A DNA stretch of 64,000 bases from Schizochytrium sp. TIO01 (Eukaryota > Protista > Bigyra: Labyrinthulomycetes): the NCBI GenBank assembly GCA_004764695.1, contig SMSO01000035.1, positions 1,240,001-1,304,000 of the forward strand, written 5' to 3'. A program made the translations under genes and the position numbers. Below the pieces are notes generated by a model, which had not been told where the DNA came from, made no database searches, and saw only the letters and a list, made by a program, of their open reading frames with translations. Shown here one piece after another: positions 33,943 through 44,583 of this stretch. How positions within the stretch are numbered: position 1 is the first letter of the stretch; every line of letters starts with the position of its first letter.

Positions 33943-33990
33943 TTCAACTTGAAGTTCAACTTGAAGTTCAACTTGAAGTTCAACTTGAAG
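33943..33990. repeat. Four perfect tandem copies of the near-palindromic 12-mer TTCAACTTGAAG
   Basis: Units at 33943, 33955, 33967 and 33979; TTCAA and TTGAA within each unit are reverse complements. Confidence 0.92.
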
Positions 33991-34726
33991 ACCAAAAGAA
34001 AGCGAGAAAACGCTGTTTAACTTTCGAAAGGATTCATTCCGTTTTTACACTTAAACATAAGAAATAGTATTGACAATTTGAAAGACGACCGGAAAAAGTA
34101 CTAGCCTACTTCCTCCTACTTTCCAATAAGAGCTTCTTATAAGAACAAACGTGTGCATTTCTTTCTTCCTCACTCTTGGTCCTCTACTCTCTACTTAGTC
34201 AAATAGCTACCAGGTAGCACCTCCACACTGGTCAGCTATTCAATCAACCATACGCGTTTCCTATAACCAACCCTTACCCTAACAGTACCTACTTCCCACT
34301 ACTACGACGCCAACAATAGATTAAGCGTCAGCTGGCGTAGGAGTGTGTTACCGCAGCGCTAGGCGCCAGGGGCTAGGCACCGCGTAGTTGATGGTAGACG
34401 CAGAGACAGAGAGAGACAGAGAGAGACAGAGAGAGACAGAGAGAGCCCGCCCCGCAGAAAACCAGCTTGCTTCTGCGCGCTCGATTGGGCGTGCAAACCA
34501 TTCAAGCCATGGAGGTTACGGGAGCCATGAGTGGTTGGCGCAGGCCCCTGAAGGAGCCAGAGGAGCCGAGGGAGGGAGAGCGCCGCAATCGAATCGGCCC
34601 ATCTCGAGTGCAGCTGCGAAGGCGCGACCACCCAAAGCTCACTTAAGCGCGCCAGTCCTAGCTACCCTAGGTATTTTGCGGTTATCGAAATACTACAAGT
34701 TTTTGCCGGCAAACCTTGAGGCGCTC

Positions 34727-34953
34727 GATTCGTCTATGTGCGGAACGCATTTCTCTGGCAGCTAACAAGCCCCTGCCGCGGCAACTGGTTTTTACTTTAA
34801 GTCAAACTATATCCCGGGCTTCCGTAATAAGAGTCTGTGCACGCCAGAAACTAGTGGACCTTTGGCAACCCCCGCTCCAGTCACAAAGCTCTAAGTTATT
34901 GCTTGTAAATCTTGATTCGTCTATGTGCGGAACGCGTTTCTCTGGCAGCTAAC
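34727..34953 (+). repeat. Direct repeat pair of a 40-bp element (34727-34766 and 34914-34953), part of a diverged ~190-200 bp duplication
   Basis: GATTCGTCTATGTGCGGAACGC[A/G]TTTCTCTGGCAGCTAAC, 39/40 identical. A second shared block AGTCAAACT[A/G]TATCCCGG occurs at about 34800 and 35006. Confidence 0.9.
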
Positions 34954-35353
34954 TGGCCCTGGCAACTAAGAAGTCCTGGCAGCTCGTTTTACTACTGTTT
35001 TGCTCAGTCAAACTGTATCCCGGATTCCTGTTTAGATGTGTGTGTGTGTGTGGGTGTGCACTGATAAACCCTGTTAACTCTAATTAGGAATGATCAGATG
35101 GGGAGACGAAGATTAGATTTCGTCGAATGAAACACCAATGTCAGAACTCCATCCCTCGAGATCTGGGAGAATGAACCTTCTTCGTGCGGCAGGCGTCAAG
35201 GCCGGCCTGCCCATGAAAACCATTAGGAGGTTGAGTATTCGTACTGCTGGCTCGATGATGCTTGTTAAATCCCCAGGAGGAAAAGATTGGTGAAGTAAGA
35301 AGACACATTACATTGTTGAAGACAGAGCGCGTCGAGAGCAACTACTCTCTACG

Positions 35354-37233
35354 TTGGCGAGTCTCAAGACCAATCGTGAAGATATTGTACGCAAGGAAAA
35401 TGGGCTGGAGGCATCCGTTCTTGAGATAGTCCCTAAACACGACTTTGCGCTGATTGTAAGCGTTCTGCGCCCTGACTGGGACGGAACAGATGAAGATATC
35501 AAAGATCGCCTTGAGGAACTATACCAAAGAAGAAAAAAAGGCCTTTAAAGCGGCAAAAAATGTGACCTCAAAAATGCTGCACGCTGAGAGAGAGGCTCGT
35601 GATCTGGATCAAAATATCACGAGACTAAAGAATAACATTAAGCGTCTCGACGCTATGATTAAATTTCTGGTGGAAGATCGGCGTGATTACGAGGCTCAGT
35701 TGAAGCTCATTCGAGCTAGAATGGGAACAACGCTAGATAAACTAAGCATTTCTCTTCCTAATCTTAGAATCGGGGTACAGCAATCCAAGAGTCGTACAGA
35801 CTCTACAAATACGCGTCTCCCAAGTCTGTACATACCTTAGATATGCCAAGTCTCCTGGATCACTGTCATAAGATGGGCTTCATCAAATCTTTGCAGGCGG
35901 GTCAAACTAGCACTTCATTGTATCAAGTAATGCAACCTATAGAATCATTTTTCATCGAGGCTGAGGCATCTTTGACTCCCGCTGTTGGTCTTCTCTTGGC
36001 TATTATACTTCGCATCTTAAAAGATGGAAATGTAGACCAGACTCCCCTAAACATGACTTGTTACGTTGGTCCTGTATCAAGCATGGCTAGAACCGCTGGC
36101 TTTTCTATCGGTACTAAGGAGGATAATTCAAATAGGTTCCAACCTTTGGTCGTCGGGGAACTAAAGGGACCTGGGTTCGATCATATTAACCTCTCCATGG
36201 AGCACTGCGACTCTACTGCTGCAGGCAAAGAATCTGGGTCGCAGCGTCATGCTAATCACTCGGTGATCCGGCAGCAGTACAATTATATGCTCGTAAATGG
36301 ACTTCTGGTAGGTATCTACACGAACTACTACGAAACGGCACGTTTCTTCCGCGATTGTTCTGGCAACTTGTTAATCACACCATCAGTCAGATGTGACGCA
36401 GTTGGCGATTTGGGTGAAAACAGAGTCAGTGCGGCTCAGCTCTTAGCATTAGACATCATGATTGCGAATGAACGTTGCGTCCCAGTGTTTGAGATTCTCG
36501 AGGACGGAGTTCTTGTTGAATGTGACGGGAATGGCACATGTAAAGGCCATAAAAAATTACCCATGGATTGCCAGGCGAAATTCGATCATCTTTCGAATCG
36601 TGAGAAAGGTGTCGAGCCTGCCTCATCTCCCAATGATGATGTAGAAAAATTATACGCCGCTTCACTCACCCCAGATGGATCCCCAATTTCCTTCGTTGAT
36701 CTTGGTGAGCGAGAACTCTTTTGTCTGGCCGGACTGGCCAGACCTTCCGTCTCAGTCTCCCGCGTGGTGCAACAGAAAAAGTGGATGGCGTACTGAAGTT
36801 GCTTGACCTATTTAAACGAGGAGACCAAGTTAAGGAACTAACTCATGAAGCCGCAATTTACAAAGACTTGGAGTCACTTCAAGGCAATTGCATTCCAGAC
36901 TACCTCGATCACGGCATGTTTCGAGAGGGTTTCCTGTACGGTATCGGTACAGTTTTCTCCGGTGATCCTGTTCCCGACGAGGATCTCACCGGTAGTTTTG
37001 TGGAGGAAGCTGTACATGCTCTCCAGAAGATTCACTCTCTAGGGATTCTACACGGTGATGTGCGACGTCCTAATGTCCTTTGCAACAATAAAAGCAACAA
37101 AAAGAGCCCAATGTTCATTGACTTCTGGATCCATATCTTGCGTTTTGTCGATCCAGAAGTTTTTAGGATGTGCGCTGAACAGGAAATCAGGGATCTTCGT
37201 GTCGAATTACGGACAACTCGCTCTGACAAATAG
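35354..37233 (+). pseudogene. Frameshifted Crinkler/RHS-effector-like gene: helical/coiled-coil N-terminus, PD-(D/E)xK restriction-endonuclease-fold domain, protein-kinase-like domain
   Basis: Four consecutive overlapping or abutting plus-strand ORFs (35354-35548, 35490-35840, 35843-36796, 36721-37233). REase-like VVGELK...IRQQYNYM...GIYTNY..T..F; kinase-like GRTG, VLKLLD, HEAAIY..L..LQG.CIP, HGDVRRPNVL, FIDF. Confidence 0.72.
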
Positions 37234-37406
37234 AAATTAAACCTGAACGCAACTAGCCAAAGCAACTTGGTAAGCGCGTCTCTATTTTATCCCTAATAAT
37301 AGATAAAAATGTAAATCAGGTAGTGTTGATTGTAATGGATAGCAACGCTTGGTCTTGACCAAAAGGCTACTTGATCCTTGACTTTCTTGGTCCTCACTCT
37401 CCTTCT

Positions 37407-37416
37407 CTATCTATCC

Positions 37417-37458
<42 letters not shown>
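37407..37458. repeat. (CTAT)n microsatellite
   Basis: Direct reading. Confidence 0.9.
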
Positions 37459-40400
37459 TATGTTTATTTTATTTTTTTATTGTTCTTTCTTTTTGGGAGA
37501 GGGAGAAAGAGTAGAAACCAGATAGCTGTGATAGCAATTCCCGGGTGGTGCGTTGTTCTATTCTCTAGTTATCATTATTTTTATTAGTAGTACACAGGGG
37601 TCAGCTTTGTCTATGAGGAAACAAAGGGAACGTGATTGAGTTTATGTGCCAACACCAACATATTGGTCCGGAGTGGCAGAACAAGGGTTGGAGGAGGTGT
37701 TCCAGCTGTGCCTTTTGTTCTGGTACTCAGTGTAGCTGAGGCGTTCCAGGAGTTCTCAACGGATCTTGTGAAGGCGACGGTGGTCAAGCATCATGAGTCA
37801 GGGCACCTATTAGACGATCGCTCGTTTGATGGCTGCTGGCTGCTGGCTGCAGGTTGCTGGTGCTGGATCATTGTTTGTGGATATTGAATAGTTGAGATTC
37901 TTTGTTCGGATTAGATTGACTTGGATGCTTCATGGGTGTCCTAGATTAAACACAATTTGTAAGATGTTGCACAAAAGATTAGCAGTTGGCCTGTCGTTCT
38001 TGCGCGAGGCACATTTGTAAAGTAAATGGTGGTATAAGGGTACCTACCCTGTTTGTGAACCAGACATGAATTTAGGGAGCTGAGGTAAACTAGATGAGCG
38101 AATTGAGGTTGCGTTATTTGCGTAAGACGTGAGCTTCTTGGTTGGCGCTTATGGTGTAATATTGTTTAGATCTCTAATTTGTGATTCGACAAGTACCTAT
38201 GTATGAAATAGACAGATTGAGCAGAAGAAATTGAAATTTCAGCAGGAACGGACACAGCAGATGTAGATTTTAACATTGGTTTCTTTCTTAAGGAAGGTCA
38301 CACCAAAAAAATATTTTTAAAAAATACAGCACATTTCGAAGGTGTATTAATTATAATTATATCAGGGCTATTTATAATTTGTAATGTTTCTTTAAGGCGA
38401 TCATTCCTTGTCTTGAATGGTAATCTCCTATGTTTTCGTCCCGCTTGTTAATTGACAACACAAACGAGACCTCTGTAGGGTTAATCTAAATATAAGCATT
38501 GGCCTGAGCTTTGGCAAGAGAAGGGACCTTTGTGCAGGTATGTAGGGTTAATCAAGGAAGCTCATTAGTGTTTGAAAGAAGTAGTGCTCCTGATAGTCTC
38601 TTCAAGTTTCCTGATTCTATAAGATTTTGCCTGTTAAGTTCTTTTCAAGAAGATGCAGAACTTTTCGTTCGAAATGAGTCTATTCGAAGTATACTGCCCC
38701 ACGCTATGTAATTGCTCTTTTACTTTTTTTTAATGTTTGTTTTAAATAGTTCATATACATTGTCTTCTTCTCTCTCTTCTTCCGTGTCATAAAATTGTAA
38801 TGGTTGTTTACAAATATAGAAAGTAGGTTTTGCATTGGGGGTTAGAATAGAGCAGGGCCTAACGCTAATCTCGATGTGGCCTCTCCTTCCTCATGTTGGG
38901 TTGTGCCCAAGTAGGTACCGTGCAACATCTATTAGTGTATGGTCAGAGATGATTGAACAACAGTCTTTTTGATGTCTTGTTTGCAAGCTTATGCGCTACT
39001 CAATGTCGCCTAAAGAAAAGAGGCACAACCCAATTCGTGAATAACCAGGGTTTCTTGGAGCATGCAAGAATAGAGTCAAGCGGTTTAATATCTATATATA
39101 TCCACCTCCACTTTTAGGATTCTTACTTGACCCCTCATATGGGAAAACTTTGCATCCACTTTTTTTCAACGAGTCGTTGCGTTGCTGTGCGTTTTGGGGA
39201 AGAAGCGTTCTGTCTTGAAAAGTGAGATATTCTTATTTTCCCGATCGTCCCCAGGAAGAAAAATAAAACCTGATGTTTTCATTCTGCCATATACTATTGA
39301 AAGGAAGAGTATATTTACTTGTCATTTAATAAAATAGAATTTCCGTGAAAGACTAAGGCCATGAATCGTTCACGGCAACACATTTTGCACGAACACGTTT
39401 GTCCAACGCCGCTTGAGAACGTGGAAGAAATAGAGTTAAAACATTTCCCGCCCGTCGATAGATTGCTAGTTGGAAAGGTTGGAAGACATGTGGCGCGCAT
39501 TAAACTGGAGCAAGGCTTCGGTGCTCAGCTTGCGTAGACCTTGCTCCACACTCAGTCTTTCCAACTCACGCCAAAGTACACAGGGAAGCAACCCGAATTA
39601 GATAAAATATCAACCGACCTCTGTTTCTTTTACTTGTAAGCTAAAAAGAAAAAAACGCACTAATGGACTTTGCCAGTTGGAGGAGCACACACCTACCTTG
39701 GTATTTCCTTCTAAACTTATATAGATGGAATTCGTTTCTGAGACAGGTGTCCGCTGAGTCTATCTAATCGAGAAAAAAAAGGCGCCTACCAAGTTACAAA
39801 AAAGAGGAGAACACGGCACCAACTAACTTGGAGCACCGTAACAGCATCATATTCTAACAGCCAAAGAAACCTGGGAAGGCACTCCAACTAGTCTTTTCAT
39901 AGCAGTTGGCATGAGCACATAAGAAGGAAACATGAAAGGGTACGTAGCGTAGTACCCAGTCAAGTCATATTCTCAGTTCAATCAACTTTTTTGTTTAATA
40001 CTATTTTTGGTACAAGAAGGTGTGTGTTTTGATGGTCTTTCATTGTAAGTACATAGAATTGCAATCGCGACCTTGGGTAGAGACAAGTTCTCCGCAACGT
40101 AGTTTTCACCCGCCACCTTAATAAACACTATTATTGCTGGTGGAACGAGGACTGATTCCTCGGCAAAGCCTGTGTAAATCAGACTTGCTAGCTGTAGCCT
40201 CGCGTGGCGCGTAGCCACGGCCTTAGCTCGCCTTGGAACAGTAAGCACGGCCTGCCAGACCGCAGAGTCAGAAGAAAAGGAGAGCTGGCGGTGGCATCGA
40301 TTGGCGGCAAGGAAGCTAATTCCGCACGCTGAAAGCCGAGGAGAGCGATTCGCTGCTTAGCTTAACCAGTGAGGAAGAGCCAAGACGCTGTTAGTACTTG

Positions 40401-41126
40401 CTGGTGCATGGCAGTATTTTGGACGTCGGAACTTGGTTAGAAACGCGCTCGTTTAAACCTTGTACTCCTTCTTCAATACTCTAGCAAGTAGAATCGGATC
40501 GCCAAGAGCGAGCACTCAAGAAAGCTTCTCTCTTCCTTGCCTCTATAAGCTACTATCAATTTGGAAGCGCCGTGAAAGAGTAGTGTCCACAAGAAAGTTG
40601 ACTTTGCCGTGGCAGATACTATCTCAGGCTTCTTTCACTGCTGTGTGTTGGCAAAGCACACAGCAGGGGAAAAAATCCATTTTTTATTGTTTTTGCTGTA
40701 TTGGTCAAACAGTGTTGTGTTCATAAGCCTGCAGGGAGTCAGAGAGTATATAATTTGACGATTATAGCTGGTTGATTGTTGGCCCAAGTGTTAGCTGGTA
40801 TACAATTTATCACTTACTTCAGGATTGGCAATCCACATTTTACTGTATCCCTAGAAATATTTTACAGACTGGAAAATCCTACCACTTCAAAGGAGAAAGG
40901 TCTCTTATATCAAACCATTAGAGCTTGTCAAATTTTTCGCTACAAACACTGGGACTTTATATCCGAAAACCCTCCACAACCTTCTCCACAAATATTAAAC
41001 TTTGTCGAATATTTAGAGGGAAAATTCCAAGGTGTCACATCGAGTGGAATTTTATTAATCAATATACACGTAATCCCTTGCGATACTGGAACAAGGTCCG
41101 TGTAGTAATTTATTTGTAAAGCCAGC

Positions 41127-44021
41127 ATGGGCGCCGGAAGCAGCGTACCCACAGCAGTGGGCTGCGACTCTGAGATTGTCATGGAACCAGCAGACCTTAC
41201 AAACCTCAACAAAGGGGTCGATGCATCAAATCTGCAACTTCGAAGCGGTGAGCCAGGTACTATTTCTACAAGTCACATTGAAGTTGCTCATGCACTGATG
41301 CGTCGCTCGCCATCGGACAATCCAGATGATGATGATGAGAATGACCGAAGATCAGTTAGCACATCAACAACGTATACGCGGCTTAGCACTCAAGCTTACG
41401 GAGGAATACATTCTGCCTTGAACACTCGTCAGCTTGATTCAGACGCATTGCGTGCAACATCAATCCGCCTACCACGAGGTGGCGTATACGTAAAGACATT
41501 AGCTGGAGCTATTCAGTTTGGAATTCCGCCTGACACAATTAAGGATTCTATGTCCTTAGGCCTTAATGTCCCAAGCCTTTTTGTTGTACCCCATGAGCGA
41601 TTTAACCTTGAATTGGGTATTAACGTTGCAGAAATTGAATTCCCAGCATACTTCAATTTCTTCATTCTTCAAAAAGATGTCGGAGTTCTCGTTACGGAGT
41701 CACAGCAGGAAGATCTTCGACGTGCATTTCGCGAGACGTTAGAAGGCCCCGCTGATGAATTTCTATTCCAAGATGAAGAGTATGGCAAGTTTTGTGACGA
41801 AGGGCAATTTGATGCTCGACCGAATCTTCGCAAGGAGATTGACTACTTCAAAGAACCTCGCAATGGACGGGAAATTTCCTGTGATACGCTGATTCGTTTT
41901 TCATTGTTTGATGATAGTGGTGTAGCTGACTTGTCTCATTTGGGCGAATCTCACAAGGAGTATTCACTACGAGTGATTGACCTACCAGGCGAAGAGCGTT
42001 ATGTAGTGCTTGAGAACTCTGCAGAAATTGCCTCTGTAACTTACGAAATGGCTTGCTACGTTCCAACACCAGAGGCTTTAGAGAAACAATTCAAAGAAAT
42101 TGTGATTCTTGAGCGCGACTTGGACACAATCAATCCAGACTGTGAGGAGGAGACCAAAGAGGCTGGTATTGGGGACAGTCCAAATCGAGAAATGCACGAC
42201 AGCTGTGGCTCACTACCTAAAGTACGTGCGAAGTCCACATCTGCCTCTGCGAATGCTCCTGAAGATGCTTTGAGTCGATTGGACAATGAAATTTATTGTC
42301 TAATATCTACTGGCACATTCACTCCACCTCAATTTGGCGTGACAATGTTGGGGAGCTCACATGGATTTGATAAAAGTGGCACTACAACTGGTTTTATCCT
42401 TTGGATTTATGGCCACGGAATTGCGGTGGACCCCCCTCCTCATTGTGACGCATATTTGTCTATGAACGGTGTGTCCCCTCGCCTTGTCACATATGTGATT
42501 TTAACCCACTGTCACGCTGATCACGATGCAGGTACCTTCCAGAAGATTTTAAAAGAGCGCAGGACTACACTTGTGACGACAAAAACAATCAGTGAGCACT
42601 TTTTGCGCAAATATTCTGCTGTTTCTGGTTTGAAACGAAACTTTTTGAAAAATCTCTTTGATTTTCACGAAGTGAAAATTGCGGAGCCTTTATACCTCAT
42701 GGGCGGAGTTTTTGAATTTTTTTATGCACTACACGCACTGCCATGCGTTGGATTTAAGGTGACCTGTGGTGAGAAAACTCTCTCCTATTCCGCTGACACC
42801 TTTAATGATAGAGAAGGTTTTGATATGCTTGAGGAACGAGGTATCATTAGCCCTCAGCGTAAACAAGCGTTACTTAATTTCCCATGGGACTGTGACTTGG
42901 TCCTCCATGAGTGTGGTGTACCACCCACCCATACTCCACCTTCAACACTGCAAAACCAACCGGAAAGCGTAAAGAAGAACCTTTACGCTGTACACATTGC
43001 AGATGATGCTGCCGAAAAGGCAGGCCTTCGGAAAGCAAAGTCAGGTTTTGAAAACACCATTGTCATTCACGAAAAACCACGTAAGATTGATGTTGCGATC
43101 AATACGTTGCAGCTTTGCTCAAAGACCGATGTTTTCCGCGAGGCAGACATTGCTCAATGTATCCATATTTTGCAATTAGCTACCCGTCATCGCTATCCCG
43201 CAGGCTTTGAGCTGAAGGGTCCTGTCGGAGGATTGTTCTTTATTGTAGCCGAAGGTGTGCTCAAGGTAGAGAGGGCTGGCCGTGACCCAATGTTTTTGAA
43301 GCTAGGTGACTATTTTGGCGAAATTTCTGCAATGACTGGAGATACAGAGGAAATGCAACTTACAGCCATTACTGATGTGTCAATCGTAGAGTTCAACAAA
43401 TATGCTTTCAATCAATTCCTGAAGGACTGCCCAGATGTGAAGCACCGCCTATTATCTCTTGAGAAAATGCGAAAGCAAGGTTTCTCTGGGGCTCTAAAGA
43501 AAAACTCTGTGTTGTGTCACTTGTCTTTTCCACAGAAGACACAGTTGCAAAGTCTCACAAATACACCACGACATTATGCGAAAGGAGAACAGCTCATTGG
43601 TATAGGTGAGGTGGGTAAGAGTGTTTTTATTGTCTCAAATGGCACTCTTATGGTTTCCAAAGACCAAACTGAGACTAACGGCCTTCCATCTAATACAAAT
43701 GTATCTATCGTTGATAAGAAAGCCACTGTGGTTCGTTCGCGGGGTAGCGGTATCCCTAGTACGCGACATTCTAAAAACCGAGGTTCCTTGAAGCTAAAGA
43801 TTGGTGCGATGTATATTCCAGAATACAGCATGCGGCATGCTGTACATGGTGACTCTGAAAGCGAATTGAATGAGGAAACAACAGGGGAAACTCGCAGTGT
43901 CATTGCTCATTCAGATGCTAGTGTGTTTGAAATTAACTTGGAAGGTTTCAAAGATTTTCTTCTCCGAAACCCAGGTGTCCAGTTAGCTCTTATGAAGTTT
44001 GCAAGCGGAGTTTGTGTTTGA
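41127..44021 (+). CDS. Metallo-beta-lactamase-fold cyclic-nucleotide phosphodiesterase with two cNMP-binding-like domains (Dictyostelium GbpA/PdeD, GbpB/PdeE-like), 964 aa
   Basis: THCHADHDAG metal motif, LGSSHGFD, VDPP, YSADT, HECG.PP.HT; C-terminal FFIVAEG...GDYFGE and VFIVSNG cNMP-like segments; N-terminal MGAGSS. Confidence 0.82.
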   Translation: MGAGSSVPTAVGCDSEIVMEPADLTNLNKGVDASNLQLRSGEPGTISTSHIEVAHALMRRSPSDNPDDDDENDRRSVSTSTTYTRLSTQAYGGIHSALNTRQLDSDALRATSIRLPRGGVYVKTLAGAIQFGIPPDTIKDSMSLGLNVPSLFVVPHERFNLELGINVAEIEFPAYFNFFILQKDVGVLVTESQQEDLRRAFRETLEGPADEFLFQDEEYGKFCDEGQFDARPNLRKEIDYFKEPRNGREISCDTLIRFSLFDDSGVADLSHLGESHKEYSLRVIDLPGEERYVVLENSAEIASVTYEMACYVPTPEALEKQFKEIVILERDLDTINPDCEEETKEAGIGDSPNREMHDSCGSLPKVRAKSTSASANAPEDALSRLDNEIYCLISTGTFTPPQFGVTMLGSSHGFDKSGTTTGFILWIYGHGIAVDPPPHCDAYLSMNGVSPRLVTYVILTHCHADHDAGTFQKILKERRTTLVTTKTISEHFLRKYSAVSGLKRNFLKNLFDFHEVKIAEPLYLMGGVFEFFYALHALPCVGFKVTCGEKTLSYSADTFNDREGFDMLEERGIISPQRKQALLNFPWDCDLVLHECGVPPTHTPPSTLQNQPESVKKNLYAVHIADDAAEKAGLRKAKSGFENTIVIHEKPRKIDVAINTLQLCSKTDVFREADIAQCIHILQLATRHRYPAGFELKGPVGGLFFIVAEGVLKVERAGRDPMFLKLGDYFGEISAMTGDTEEMQLTAITDVSIVEFNKYAFNQFLKDCPDVKHRLLSLEKMRKQGFSGALKKNSVLCHLSFPQKTQLQSLTNTPRHYAKGEQLIGIGEVGKSVFIVSNGTLMVSKDQTETNGLPSNTNVSIVDKKATVVRSRGSGIPSTRHSKNRGSLKLKIGAMYIPEYSMRHAVHGDSESELNEETTGETRSVIAHSDASVFEINLEGFKDFLLRNPGVQLALMKFASGVCV

Positions 44022-44583
44022 GGAAAGGTTGTTTCATCCTCAGTGATTTGCAGCGTTTCTGGGATGGGACCACTGTAAAACATTTCACTCAGAAGAAACT
44101 TGTGACATATCTGTTTGCAAAGGACGATATAGAAGTATTCACATGGGAGGTGGCTACAAATTCAAAGAGAAAACGTTACGTCTGTGCATTGAAATAAGTG
44201 CTTTTGTATCAACATCGCTATAATGTTATCATTTTTGTGTGCTAAGAAACAATTTATTTGATGTTTTATCCTTCTTTTTTAAAATCATTATTGACTGCCG
44301 ATGCAATCTAAGAATCGTTTAGAAATGCTTGAACACAATCCAGTTCCATGTCGTTCTCTATAGCTTCCTTTCTCCACTAGATCTGTGATATGTTCTCACA
44401 GATATCAATTTCGATCTACAGGTTAACAACGAAAGAAGATCATTTTTATTGTGTGTGGATGATTGATTTGATTTATAAGTTTTGAGAAGGAAACATGTAA
44501 AAAAGTTATAAAATATCGAAATATGAATAAAATCAGGGAAGCGGTTTAGAGTATGAATCGAAATATTGTAGTAGATGGAGCCT

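Noticed and set aside
33943-33990. Heat-shock element
   Set aside because: The spacing GAAgTTC / TTCaacttGAA does not match contiguous inverted nGAAn pentamers.
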